From Pseudobacteriovorax sp. (GTDB lineage: Bacteria > Bdellovibrionota_B > Oligoflexia > Oligoflexales > Oligoflexaceae): a DNA stretch of 29,297 bases. The notes under the pieces were generated by a model. That model worked only from the letters and a program-made list of their open reading frames with translations. It was not told where the DNA came from and searched no databases. Below, piece by piece: positions 1 to 8,004 of this stretch (the stretch's first letter is position 1; every line of letters begins with the position of its first letter). A program made the position numbers and the translations under genes. The DNA is taken from positions 1 to 29,297 of the forward strand of contig JBNKNM010000052.1 in assembly GCA_050293845.1 (NCBI GenBank), given 5' to 3'.

Positions 1-70
1 TTCGATGCTCGCCGCAGGGCTTCTCCATTCCTCCCGGCCCTAAAGAGACCGGGTTTCCTGGAGAAGTTTG
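1..70. mobile_element. Terminal segment of an IS200/IS605-superfamily element (IscB/IsrB-type end with subterminal hairpin), truncated by the window edge
   Basis: The sequence TTCCT-CCCGGCCC-TAAA-GAGACCGGG-TTTCC forms an imperfect hairpin at 33-53 with a TAAA loop. It is followed by TGGAGAAGTTTG and then ATGA at 71-74. This resembles the TnpA-recognised end hairpin of IscB-type elements as I recall it. No transposase or nuclease ORF is inside the window. Confidence 0.65.
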
Positions 71-1279
71 ATGAAAAAACTCGAGTTTATTACTTTAATG
101 GCCGTACTGATGTCATTGGTGGCCTTGTCAATAGACACCATGCTCCCCGCTTTAGATGCCATAGGGCAAAGCCTAGCTGTTCAAGACCCTAACGATACCC
201 AGTTTATTGTATCCTTTGTGTTCTTGGGGATGTCTCCTGGATTAATTATCTATGGCCCTTTTTCAGATTCTTTTGGTCGCAAACCTACCATATACGTAGG
301 AATGTCTATATTTCTTGTGGGCAGCGTCATTTCAATGATGGCAACTAGCTTCCCTTCTATGCTAACGGGGCGTCTATTACAGGGATTTGGAGCTGCATGC
401 TGCCGGGTCATAACTGTAGCGATAATTCGCGATCAATTTTCGGGTAAAGAGATGGGGCAGATCATGTCCCTTGTTATGATCATTTTCGTAATGGTTCCCG
501 CATTAGCGCCTACTTTGGGTCAGTTAATTCTTTTATTTAGCGACTGGAGATTAATATTTGGTATTTTCATTTTCACTGCTGTAGCCAGTATGCTATGGTT
601 TGGAATACGTCAAAAAGAAACACTACTACCTGAAAAAAGGCGGGAGTTTTCCTTAAAAAGTATTCTGGCTGGCGCTCATGAAACTATTACCTGTAAGAGT
701 TCACGAAATTACGCTCTAGCAGCTGCTCTAGTCTTTGGAGCTCTTATTGGATATGTGAGCTCAGCTCACCAGATCCTGAAAATCCAATACAACACCGGAA
801 ATTTATTTGCCGTATACTTTGGCGTGATAGCTCTTGCCATAGGCATTTCTTCGTTTATTAACTCTCGGTTAGTCATTAAATATAAAATGCAACATATCTG
901 CTTAGGAGCCCTCGGCCTCGTAAGTATCATCTCTCTAGTATTTTTAGGGATGGCGGTATCCTTCGCTGGGAACCCACCTATTTTATACCTGGTAAGTTAT
1001 CTGGGGATTACTTTTTTTTGCTTCGGCATGCTATTTGGCAATTTCAGTGCATTGGCGTTAGAGCCTTTGGGGCATATTGCAGGAATTGCAAACTCGGTGA
1101 TTTCCTCCCTACAAACATTAATTTCAGTGGCTATAGGGGGATTCATCGGTCAGTCCTATAACGGAGGTGTGCTCCCACTTGTGATTGGTATCGTAGTATG
1201 TAGCCTGTTATCTTTACTGGTGGTGATGGTCACCACATTCTTACATCCTGTGGCGACCATTCCAGAAAATTCTCAGTAA
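71..1279 (+). CDS. Bcr/CflA-family (DHA1) multidrug efflux MFS transporter
   Basis: About 12 hydrophobic segments, LSIDTMLPA in TM1, motif A (GPFSDSFGRKP), motif B (GRLLQGFG) and motif C (PALAPTLG). ATG at 71 preferred over TTG at 68 because GGAG lies at 60-63. Confidence 0.92.
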   Translation: MKKLEFITLMAVLMSLVALSIDTMLPALDAIGQSLAVQDPNDTQFIVSFVFLGMSPGLIIYGPFSDSFGRKPTIYVGMSIFLVGSVISMMATSFPSMLTGRLLQGFGAACCRVITVAIIRDQFSGKEMGQIMSLVMIIFVMVPALAPTLGQLILLFSDWRLIFGIFIFTAVASMLWFGIRQKETLLPEKRREFSLKSILAGAHETITCKSSRNYALAAALVFGALIGYVSSAHQILKIQYNTGNLFAVYFGVIALAIGISSFINSRLVIKYKMQHICLGALGLVSIISLVFLGMAVSFAGNPPILYLVSYLGITFFCFGMLFGNFSALALEPLGHIAGIANSVISSLQTLISVAIGGFIGQSYNGGVLPLVIGIVVCSLLSLLVVMVTTFLHPVATIPENSQ

Positions 1280-1327
1280 CAGATTCTCTCTATTCGACTG
1301 AAGTCACTAAGTACCCTGCCTATTGAT

Positions 1328-1438
1328 TTAAAAAGGAAGAGTTCCATCAATGAAGATAATAAATAAGTTAAATGACCAAAATACAGCTAACCCTTTACAA
1401 AGAATAGCTTCTTTGATTTTGTTAATAGTGATTACCAT
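1328..1438 (-). CDS. Putative 36-aa small membrane protein, or the remnant of a decayed membrane-protein gene
   Basis: Hand translation gives MVITINKIKEAILCKGLAVFWSFNLFIIFIDGTLPF*. GGAGG lies 7 nt before the ATG and there is one hydrophobic stretch. Not in the ORF track. Confidence 0.4.
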   Translation of the reverse strand: MVITINKIKEAILCKGLAVFWSFNLFIIFIDGTLPF

Positions 1439-1546
1439 GGCTTAGCCTCCAAAAATTAAACCTATAAAGAGACTCGGCATATAAAAGAAAATTGTTAATG
1501 GTTAATAGCTAGGAAGTGAATTCAACTGAACATTCAAACTTTAATT

Positions 1547-2155
1547 CTAAAGAACGTATATTTTACTTTCTAAGTGAATACTGGCGGGTATGAACAGCTG
1601 AAGCCCTAAGCCTCCGGCCACGCGCCCCCAATAGCCCGTAATATGCGAAAGAACAATAAACCTTACAATCTGTCCACCGTCATTTCCCCATTTATTAATA
1701 TTGAAAAGGATCTCAGCATGCTTGGCATTTTCCGGTTTGGCAATACCAAACCAACGTCCGGTAATAGTCTGCCCTGTACGCTGCGCCTGAAATAATACGG
1801 AACCAGGCTTCATGGTACGGCAGTCAACTGGTCCGGCAAACGCTGCCCTTTCGGTTTCATGAAGAATCGGAAGTTTTTGTTTCAAGGGGCTAGGTTTTGG
1901 TGCAAACAGGTATTCTCTGCGATGATTCAAGAAAATATTCGCCGCAAGCATTCTCGGGTCCTCAAAAAAGTATCACTTGTAAGACATACTATGAATATGG
2001 AGCATATACTCTAGACTTGTAGGGTCATTTGACCATATCTTCGCATTGGCAACCACAGAAGCGCTAGGATTTTTAATGGTTTTGTCATGTTTGACACTTG
2101 TATCAGCAGTAGTTTTGGTCCAGAGAACCAACCATATTAGAAGAATTTTTTTCAT
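1547..2155 (-). pseudogene. Secreted toxin-like protein gene interrupted by one in-frame TGA (joins track ORFs 1973..2179 and 1547..1951)
   Basis: AGGAGGG RBS before ATG 2155 and a signal-peptide-like N-terminus (MKKILLIWLVLWTKTTA). TGA at 1975-1973 is followed in the same frame by TAC TTT TTT GAG GAC CCG AGA ATG(1951). Total 202 codons before the TAG. Confidence 0.6.
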
Positions 2156-2401
2156 ATTCCCTCCTAAATGCTCCTTCAAAATAGCGTCAAATATTCATTG
2201 TGTCAATATTTCTATTAATTTTTTATCATTTTTTTAAATTTTATAGAATATTCAATAGGTAACTAATAAATCGATAGTTTTTATAGTCTTTTTTAACTAT
2301 TACAATAGATCAGACAGAGGATTGCTCCCCCAGAACGCGTCAGGTATAAAGGGTTGACCCATTTACGGTCAAAGTCTCTAACTTGTAAGGTTATATATGT
2401 C

Positions 2402-3289
2402 ATGATTAAAAAGAGTCTCAAGCACTTTCAGATCATCCTCATTCTGCTGAGTTCCTGCGTAGAAACTCCCTCCCCCAAGACCAATGATGATCGCAGTAAC
2501 CTCACAGACCCTCCGGCAACTCCTTCAGAGTTAAGTTTCGGTCAAGAAGATAAGTTTGAGATTGGTACTTGGAATATCGAGAATTTTCCCAAGAAAAGAG
2601 ATGCTACAATTAATGCCGTTGCTAGCCATATCAAATTTTGGCAGTTAGATGCTATAGCCTTACAAGAGGTTTCCTCACCCGCAGCGTTTAAAAAGTTGGT
2701 GGCGCAATTACCTGGTTACCAAGGTGTCATCACATCACGACCCAACATCCTGAAACAAGCTTTTATCTATAATCCGAATGAAATTGAAGTTATTGATTTT
2801 TCAGATATTTCTACAGATTCCTTCGACTTTCTTCGACCACCGCTCCTGGTGAAAGCAAGGCGTATCCAGGATAAAGTAACTTTCAATTTCATAGTGGTTC
2901 ATCTCAAAGCATTTGATGGTTCGAAAAACCAACAAAGGCGCTATGATGCCACTAAAGCTATCATAAAGTATATCTCTAATTACTTGTCACAAAGTGCCGA
3001 GGAGCGCTTTATCATATTAGGCGATTTTAATGCAGAACTTGATCAAGATGAAATGCAGCTTTGGGAAACAAGCAACCTAGAAGTTGATATCACCACCGAG
3101 GAGCTAGCTGCACAAGGTAGACATAGTTACTTTAATAACTATCGTAGTCTGATTGACCATATTATCGCTGTGAACTATGACTTAGACCAGGTAGAAATTC
3201 TCGATCCATTATCTGACTTAAATGAATACGAGCGCTTGATCAGCGACCACTTACCTGTGGTAGCTGTATCAAATTTCGAAACTCACTAG
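2402..3289 (+). CDS. Endonuclease/exonuclease/phosphatase (DNase I-like) family lipoprotein
   Basis: Motifs GTWNIENF, IALQEV, VVHLKA, ILGDFN, IDHI and SDHLPV. Lipobox LSSC follows the ATG at 2402. Confidence 0.9.
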   Translation: MIKKSLKHFQIILILLSSCVETPSPKTNDDRSNLTDPPATPSELSFGQEDKFEIGTWNIENFPKKRDATINAVASHIKFWQLDAIALQEVSSPAAFKKLVAQLPGYQGVITSRPNILKQAFIYNPNEIEVIDFSDISTDSFDFLRPPLLVKARRIQDKVTFNFIVVHLKAFDGSKNQQRRYDATKAIIKYISNYLSQSAEERFIILGDFNAELDQDEMQLWETSNLEVDITTEELAAQGRHSYFNNYRSLIDHIIAVNYDLDQVEILDPLSDLNEYERLISDHLPVVAVSNFETH

Positions 3290-3298
3290 AGAATCATC

Positions 3299-3799
3299 TC
3301 ATTTGTGGAGGGCCACAAGCTCCGCATAACGCGCTTTACACTCTGTTCTCTTTTGCGAAAGCTTCTCTGACAGCTGTGCTAAGTGCTCTTGAGCTGTTTT
3401 AATTTTGTCTTCGATTGATGCCATAGCCTTCTTAGGATCAATTCCACTTAACTTGTTGAGGGGGTTTTTTACATCAAGTGCATGAAACTTCCATTTATTC
3501 AGCATATTTTGCTGCTTAAACCGGGCTTCAATAAAATTTTGAAATATTTCCAAGCAGTTTATATAACCAACTGTTGCCGCAACACCCTGCCTTCCTAAAA
3601 AACTATCAGCTTTCCATAATTTGTGTTCCTGTAAAAAGGAACTAAACCGTTTCATGGAGCTTTTAAAGGCTGTGGGATCATTGAACTGCGTCGCTTGGTT
3701 TACCTGAGCCACTACATCATAAAACTTGGTTTCCACCCTGGTACAAGACACTGACGCTAACACCAGTAACCATAAACTAGTAAAATTAAGTACACTCAT
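3299..3799 (-). CDS. Hypothetical lipoprotein, helical/coiled-coil
   Basis: 166-aa ORF with a hydrophobic N-terminus ending ASVSC and an AGGGG RBS. No family recognised. Confidence 0.7.
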   Translation of the reverse strand: MSVLNFTSLWLLVLASVSCTRVETKFYDVVAQVNQATQFNDPTAFKSSMKRFSSFLQEHKLWKADSFLGRQGVAATVGYINCLEIFQNFIEARFKQQNMLNKWKFHALDVKNPLNKLSGIDPKKAMASIEDKIKTAQEHLAQLSEKLSQKRTECKARYAELVALHK

Positions 3800-3963
3800 A
3801 GTAATACCCCTAAAAGTTTCCTTAATATTCTATTATAGAAACTACAATTTTAGGGCTTAAAAATTTTTCCTAGTTAAGAACAGGTTGCTGCTTTGCTCTT
3901 GATGGGCTTATTTTATATACGTTCAATACAGTACTATCGAACAGAATATTTTAGATCCCTGAC

Positions 3964-4104
3964 TCAAATTGTCCAGAACAGGGACTCGCGAGAATCTTTC
4001 CTGATGTCATTAGCATCATGAACAGATTTAGTTATATCTATTTGCTGTTCTGTAGGAACCTTAACTTGATCTTTTTGCCAATCTCGAATTGAAATCACTT
4101 TCAT
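3964..4104 (-). CDS. Putative 46-aa small protein
   Basis: Hand translation gives MKVISIRDWQKDQVKVPTEQQIDITKSVHDANDIRKDSRESLFWTI*. GGAGG lies 5 nt before the ATG. It fills part of an otherwise empty gap of about 490 bp. Confidence 0.55.
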   Translation of the reverse strand: MKVISIRDWQKDQVKVPTEQQIDITKSVHDANDIRKDSRESLFWTI

Positions 4105-4286
4105 TAGAACCTCCGTCTTTATTTTATCGGTCATCCTATCATCATAAGTGTTTTTTTTTGCAAAAGCTTAATTAAACTATCGAATTTAATATTTTTTTCA
4201 TGGGTAAGAATCTCATAGAGTGTACAAGGTGGCGAATATCTTGCCCAGTCACAGGTGTTAGAATAAATCAAAATAAGGACTTTCTA

Positions 4287-5522
4287 ATGAATATTTTAGT
4301 ACTGAATTGCGGTAGTTCATCTCTCAAGTTCCAGCTCATAGTAGTGTCTCATGAAACGATTGAGAAAGACTGTGAGCTCATCCTTGCCAAAGGGCTCATT
4401 GAACGTATAGGCAGCCAGGCGCTGATAACCTTAAAACCTGCTGGAAAGAAAGTTCAAAAAAGTGCAAGGCCATTTCGCGATCATAAACAGGCCATTGACT
4501 TTGTACTAAAATGGTTAATCAGCTCGAAGAGTGAAATAGATAAAATCAGTCAGCTTACTGATATTGAAGCTGTCGGTCATAGAGTGGTTCATGGAGGCGA
4601 GCGTTTTTCAAGATCTGCTGTAATTAACGATGACGTTATCAGTGGCATTGAAGACTGTATCGACCTGGCCCCATTACATAATCCAGCAAACTTAAGTGGT
4701 ATCGCTGCCATCCATGAAATTTTAGGTGCCATACCGCAAGTAGCCGTATTTGACACGGCCTTTCATTCCCACATGCCTCAGACTAGCTATCTCTACCCCA
4801 TCCCCTACCAGTTTTACCGCCGACATAAAGTTCGTCGCTATGGTTTTCACGGAACTTCCCATCGCTATATTTCCTATCGATACCGCCAGCTCACCAATAA
4901 AGATAAAGAGAATACTAATATTATTACACTACACCTTGGCAATGGCTGCAGTGCCTGCGCCATCAAGCAAGGGATTTCAAGTGACACATCTATGGGTATG
5001 ACACCCTTAGAGGGCTTAACAATGGGAACACGGGCAGGAGATATCGATCCGACAATACTGGAATTCCTTCACTTGAAAGAAGGCATGTCATATGAAAACC
5101 TATTCAATATGCTTAACAAACAATCGGGCCTTTTAGGAATATCAGGTCTTACTAACGACATGCGGGAATTGATTGAGGAAGAGGAAGAAAATGACGATCG
5201 TCGAGCAAAACTGGCAATCGAAATATTTTGTCAACGTGTAAAGAAATATATTGGAGCTTACTTGGCAACGATGAGTGGTGCAGATGCTATCATCTTTTCA
5301 GGCGGTATTGGAGAGAATTCAGCATATATCAGAGAAAAAATCTGTCAGGGGCTTTCCTTTCTGGGTGTGACCCTTGATCACCTTAAAAATGAGGATATGA
5401 TAAATGGGAAAGAAGGTAGTATTACTGAAAAGCATGCAATACTTGACATTATGGTAATTCCTACGAATGAAGAACTTTTAATCGCAAGAGATACTTTCCG
5501 CTGTATTAATGGTGTGATGTGA
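4287..5522 (+). CDS. ackA: Acetate kinase
   Basis: Motifs ILVLNCGSSSLKFQL, GHRVVHGG, LAPLHNPAN, VFDTAFH, RRYGFHGTSH, HLGNG, GGIGEN and IPTNEEL. Start set at ATG 4287, with AAGGA upstream. Confidence 0.97.
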   Translation: MNILVLNCGSSSLKFQLIVVSHETIEKDCELILAKGLIERIGSQALITLKPAGKKVQKSARPFRDHKQAIDFVLKWLISSKSEIDKISQLTDIEAVGHRVVHGGERFSRSAVINDDVISGIEDCIDLAPLHNPANLSGIAAIHEILGAIPQVAVFDTAFHSHMPQTSYLYPIPYQFYRRHKVRRYGFHGTSHRYISYRYRQLTNKDKENTNIITLHLGNGCSACAIKQGISSDTSMGMTPLEGLTMGTRAGDIDPTILEFLHLKEGMSYENLFNMLNKQSGLLGISGLTNDMRELIEEEEENDDRRAKLAIEIFCQRVKKYIGAYLATMSGADAIIFSGGIGENSAYIREKICQGLSFLGVTLDHLKNEDMINGKEGSITEKHAILDIMVIPTNEELLIARDTFRCINGVM

Positions 5523-5535
5523 AGGAGGGAGAAGA

Positions 5536-6003
5536 ATGGAAAACAAAAAAATTGAAAAATTTCGAGTCATTGGTATTGCTGTAAGAACTAGCTACGATAT
5601 TGAAAATAGTATTAAACGCAAAATTCCTCTACTTTGGCAAAGGTTTTATGAAGAGCGGTGTTTTGATAAAATTCCCAATAAGGCGGAGTCGACAAAAATA
5701 TATGCCATTTACTCAGAATATAACCCCGATGAATTTGGTGAATTTACCTTTGTATTAGGCATGGAAGTATCTGACTTTTCTCACATACCGGAAGGAATGA
5801 TAGGTAAGACCATAAGCAGTGCAAACTATCAGGTACACGAGTCCGAACAAGGTCCCTTTGCCGAGGTAGCGCCAAAGGCCTGGGATGATGTAACCGAACA
5901 GAAGGAACTCCAGCAACATCGCCAATACGATACTGACTTCGAAGCGTATGACTTTGGTAAGGATAGCGGCAAGATGAAGATCTTTGTAGGAATCGCCGGT
6001 TAG
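5536..6003 (+). CDS. GyrI-like / Cass2-type small-molecule effector-binding domain protein
   Basis: VIGIAVRT...IPLLWQRF...YAIYSEY...FTFVLG...RQYDTDFEAYD pattern. AGGAGG RBS directly after the ackA stop. Confidence 0.85.
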   Translation: MENKKIEKFRVIGIAVRTSYDIENSIKRKIPLLWQRFYEERCFDKIPNKAESTKIYAIYSEYNPDEFGEFTFVLGMEVSDFSHIPEGMIGKTISSANYQVHESEQGPFAEVAPKAWDDVTEQKELQQHRQYDTDFEAYDFGKDSGKMKIFVGIAG

Positions 6004-6153
6004 CTCCTCCGCCTCCGCTTAGCTTCGAAAAGTATAAACTAATCTCGTAATGAGGGATGTTTTTTTTGAAACCGCGCAGAATAAGACATTTTTCACATCC
6101 AGGCTTTACAAGCCACGCTTGATCCGTTAGTTTTCCTATCACCTGGAGGTCTA

Positions 6154-7137
6154 ATGGCACCACAACCGAATTGTTATGCACCTTTTGTACAGATGCTGTT
6201 GTCTCCAACAGGAAAACTGCACCCTTGTTGCTATCACTTTGGCTATAAATTGGGATCTGCTGCAGCAAGTAGCTGGGACCAGTTATGGAATGGGCTGCCT
6301 ATGCAGCGACTTCGCGAGGACTCCCTATGCCAAGGAAAAATCTGTCGTTCGCGTATCAAAAACTTAGCATGCCACAAGCACTTTACCCACTGGGAAGGCA
6401 AAGTTTCTTTAGATGTAGTACAAAAATCTCCTCCAAAACGCCTTGATATTCGACTCAATGGTGCCTGCAATTTACGCTGCATTATGTGCGATGTTTGGCA
6501 GCAACCGAATCAAGTTTATGACAACAGCAGTTTCTGGACCGAAGGTCCTCAGAATATCTTTCCCTATCTTGAGGAAGTTGAAATCCTAGGGGGAGAACCT
6601 TTTATTCAGCAAGACACTTTCAAACTCATAGATGCCATAGTAGCGATACAACCGCATTGCCGATTTTCCTTCATTACCAATGGTCTCTTTCTCAACCGTA
6701 CAAAAGTCTTTAGCACCTTATCTCGTATCAAACTTCATAAAATCCAGGTCAGTATCGACTCGTTTGTATCGAAAACCTATCAAAAAATACGCCGAGGAGG
6801 CAATTTAGACCTGCTGTTAAATAATCTCAAAGATTTGGAAAACCTGTTAGATCAGCCGCAGTTTGCCAATACAAGAAAAGTCGCCTCCATGTGTATCTTG
6901 CAACAAAACTGGCAAGAAGTTCCTATTTTTATTGATAAAGCTGAAAAGCGCGGCTGGGAGGTAGAACTACAGCTAGCCTACTATGATCCTTCGCAACAGG
7001 CTTCCCTGACTCTGCTTTCAAAGCAGCAACTTGAATCGATTCTTACCTTTTTTAAGAACCTACCCAACCGATATAAAAAGCATGTCGACCTTTTGCAAGG
7101 CTCTCTGCATCAAATATTATCTAGGGATAAATTCTAA
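6154..7137 (+). CDS. Radical SAM protein with N-terminal SPASM/twitch domain
   Basis: CNLRCIMC (CxxxCxxC), GGEP, ITNG and VSIDS. N-terminal CYAPF...GKLHPCC...C..C auxiliary-cluster domain. GGAGG RBS. Confidence 0.9.
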   Translation: MAPQPNCYAPFVQMLLSPTGKLHPCCYHFGYKLGSAAASSWDQLWNGLPMQRLREDSLCQGKICRSRIKNLACHKHFTHWEGKVSLDVVQKSPPKRLDIRLNGACNLRCIMCDVWQQPNQVYDNSSFWTEGPQNIFPYLEEVEILGGEPFIQQDTFKLIDAIVAIQPHCRFSFITNGLFLNRTKVFSTLSRIKLHKIQVSIDSFVSKTYQKIRRGGNLDLLLNNLKDLENLLDQPQFANTRKVASMCILQQNWQEVPIFIDKAEKRGWEVELQLAYYDPSQQASLTLLSKQQLESILTFFKNLPNRYKKHVDLLQGSLHQILSRDKF

Positions 7138-7273
7138 CCCGAGTGTGCCTATGGTGGTGTTTATGATGCTTTTTTATTACTATTCTTTTATGGCTTAGTC
7201 CGTAGGGGGTCGTTCTTAAAGTGGTAATACACCCGCCAAGGCTGAAACACAGCAACAGAATCATATACTTCAT
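7121..7273 (-). CDS. 50-aa lipoprotein with basic His-rich tail
   Basis: AAGGAG RBS before ATG 7273. MKYMILLLCFSLGGC contains lipobox LGGC, and the tail is KKHHKHHHRHTRVRIYP. Confidence 0.65.
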   Translation of the reverse strand: MKYMILLLCFSLGGCITTLRTTPYGLSHKRIVIKKHHKHHHRHTRVRIYP

Positions 7274-7525
7274 TGCAGACTCCTTAAAATTCCATTCGTA
7301 TAGAAAGAGCAAAAAGTCTACCACTAATATATCTAATGATTTTATAGAGTTATAATCTTTAGCGGCATACAACTGTGTATTATTGTTTTCAGGTGACTCT
7401 TATCGATGGTATTTTAGATCATGGCCCTGAATCTGCCACCAGCAACGGCCTGCTTTCAGTGGTTCCTAAAGTGATAAACTGCTACTATTGAAAACTCTGT
7501 GGACCTTCAAAGAAAGGAAAAGCCT

Positions 7526-7894
7526 ATGAAACTTTTGCCTATACTCTGCCTTTTCGCTTCAGTTTTTACCGTCGAATATAGCTATGCTAAGCAAAGTGAC
7601 CAGTCGGGGTTTCAAGTTTCAAAAATGCTTAGCGACAGAGCACTAAGTCATGATAGCGATACAAGTTATCCCAAAGGCATTGTCACTAAAACTATCAATG
7701 TCAGCGGTTATACATATTTCCAATTTAAGGATCATGACGAACTCACCTGGGCTGCGACTAACCAAATGACCTTACCCGAAGGTTCTAAAGTTGTGCTTAT
7801 GAAGTCCTATCCCATGTACGACTTTACCAGTAAAACCCTTGAAAAAACCTTTAAGAAAATCCTTTTTGTATCTCAGCTTGATGTTATCAAATAA
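7526..7894 (+). CDS. Exported NrfJ-like (OB-fold) protein
   Basis: Signal peptide ending SYA. The pattern GIVTKTINVSGYTY...WAA...M.DFTSKTLEKTFKKILFV resembles NrfJ-related proteins. AAGGA RBS. Confidence 0.65.
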   Translation: MKLLPILCLFASVFTVEYSYAKQSDQSGFQVSKMLSDRALSHDSDTSYPKGIVTKTINVSGYTYFQFKDHDELTWAATNQMTLPEGSKVVLMKSYPMYDFTSKTLEKTFKKILFVSQLDVIK

Positions 7895-8004
7895 TGACCT
7901 TACTCATTGCCTCCAAGCTCCTTACGACGTTTTTTCGATTGAGGTTTTCCTGGTAACCGGAAAATTTGCCAAGGGCTTCTCCCATCAACTCATGGCTACC
8001 ACCG

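Noticed and set aside
1973..1975. Genome-wide TGA recoding (code 4 or 25) as the explanation for the in-frame stop
   Set aside because: TGA ends full-length genes elsewhere in the window (ackA, rrf2), and long conserved genes contain no internal TGA.
3878..4050. Recurring GAACAG hexamers as a repeat array or SOS-type operator
   Set aside because: Spacing is irregular, flanks are unrelated, and several copies fall inside the 46-aa ORF.
5744..6268. 174-aa minus-strand ORF
   Set aside because: Antisense to two well-supported genes, with no recognisable motif.
6154..7273. RiPP system of the radical SAM enzyme plus the 50-aa peptide as precursor
   Set aside because: The genes are convergent, the peptide has a lipoprotein signal rather than a leader, and there is no RRE domain or dedicated transporter.
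7390..7470. Possible riboswitch (CTGAA...TTCAG stem) between divergent small genes
   Set aside because: The stem is weak and I could not match the conserved core of fluoride, c-di-GMP or other known riboswitches.
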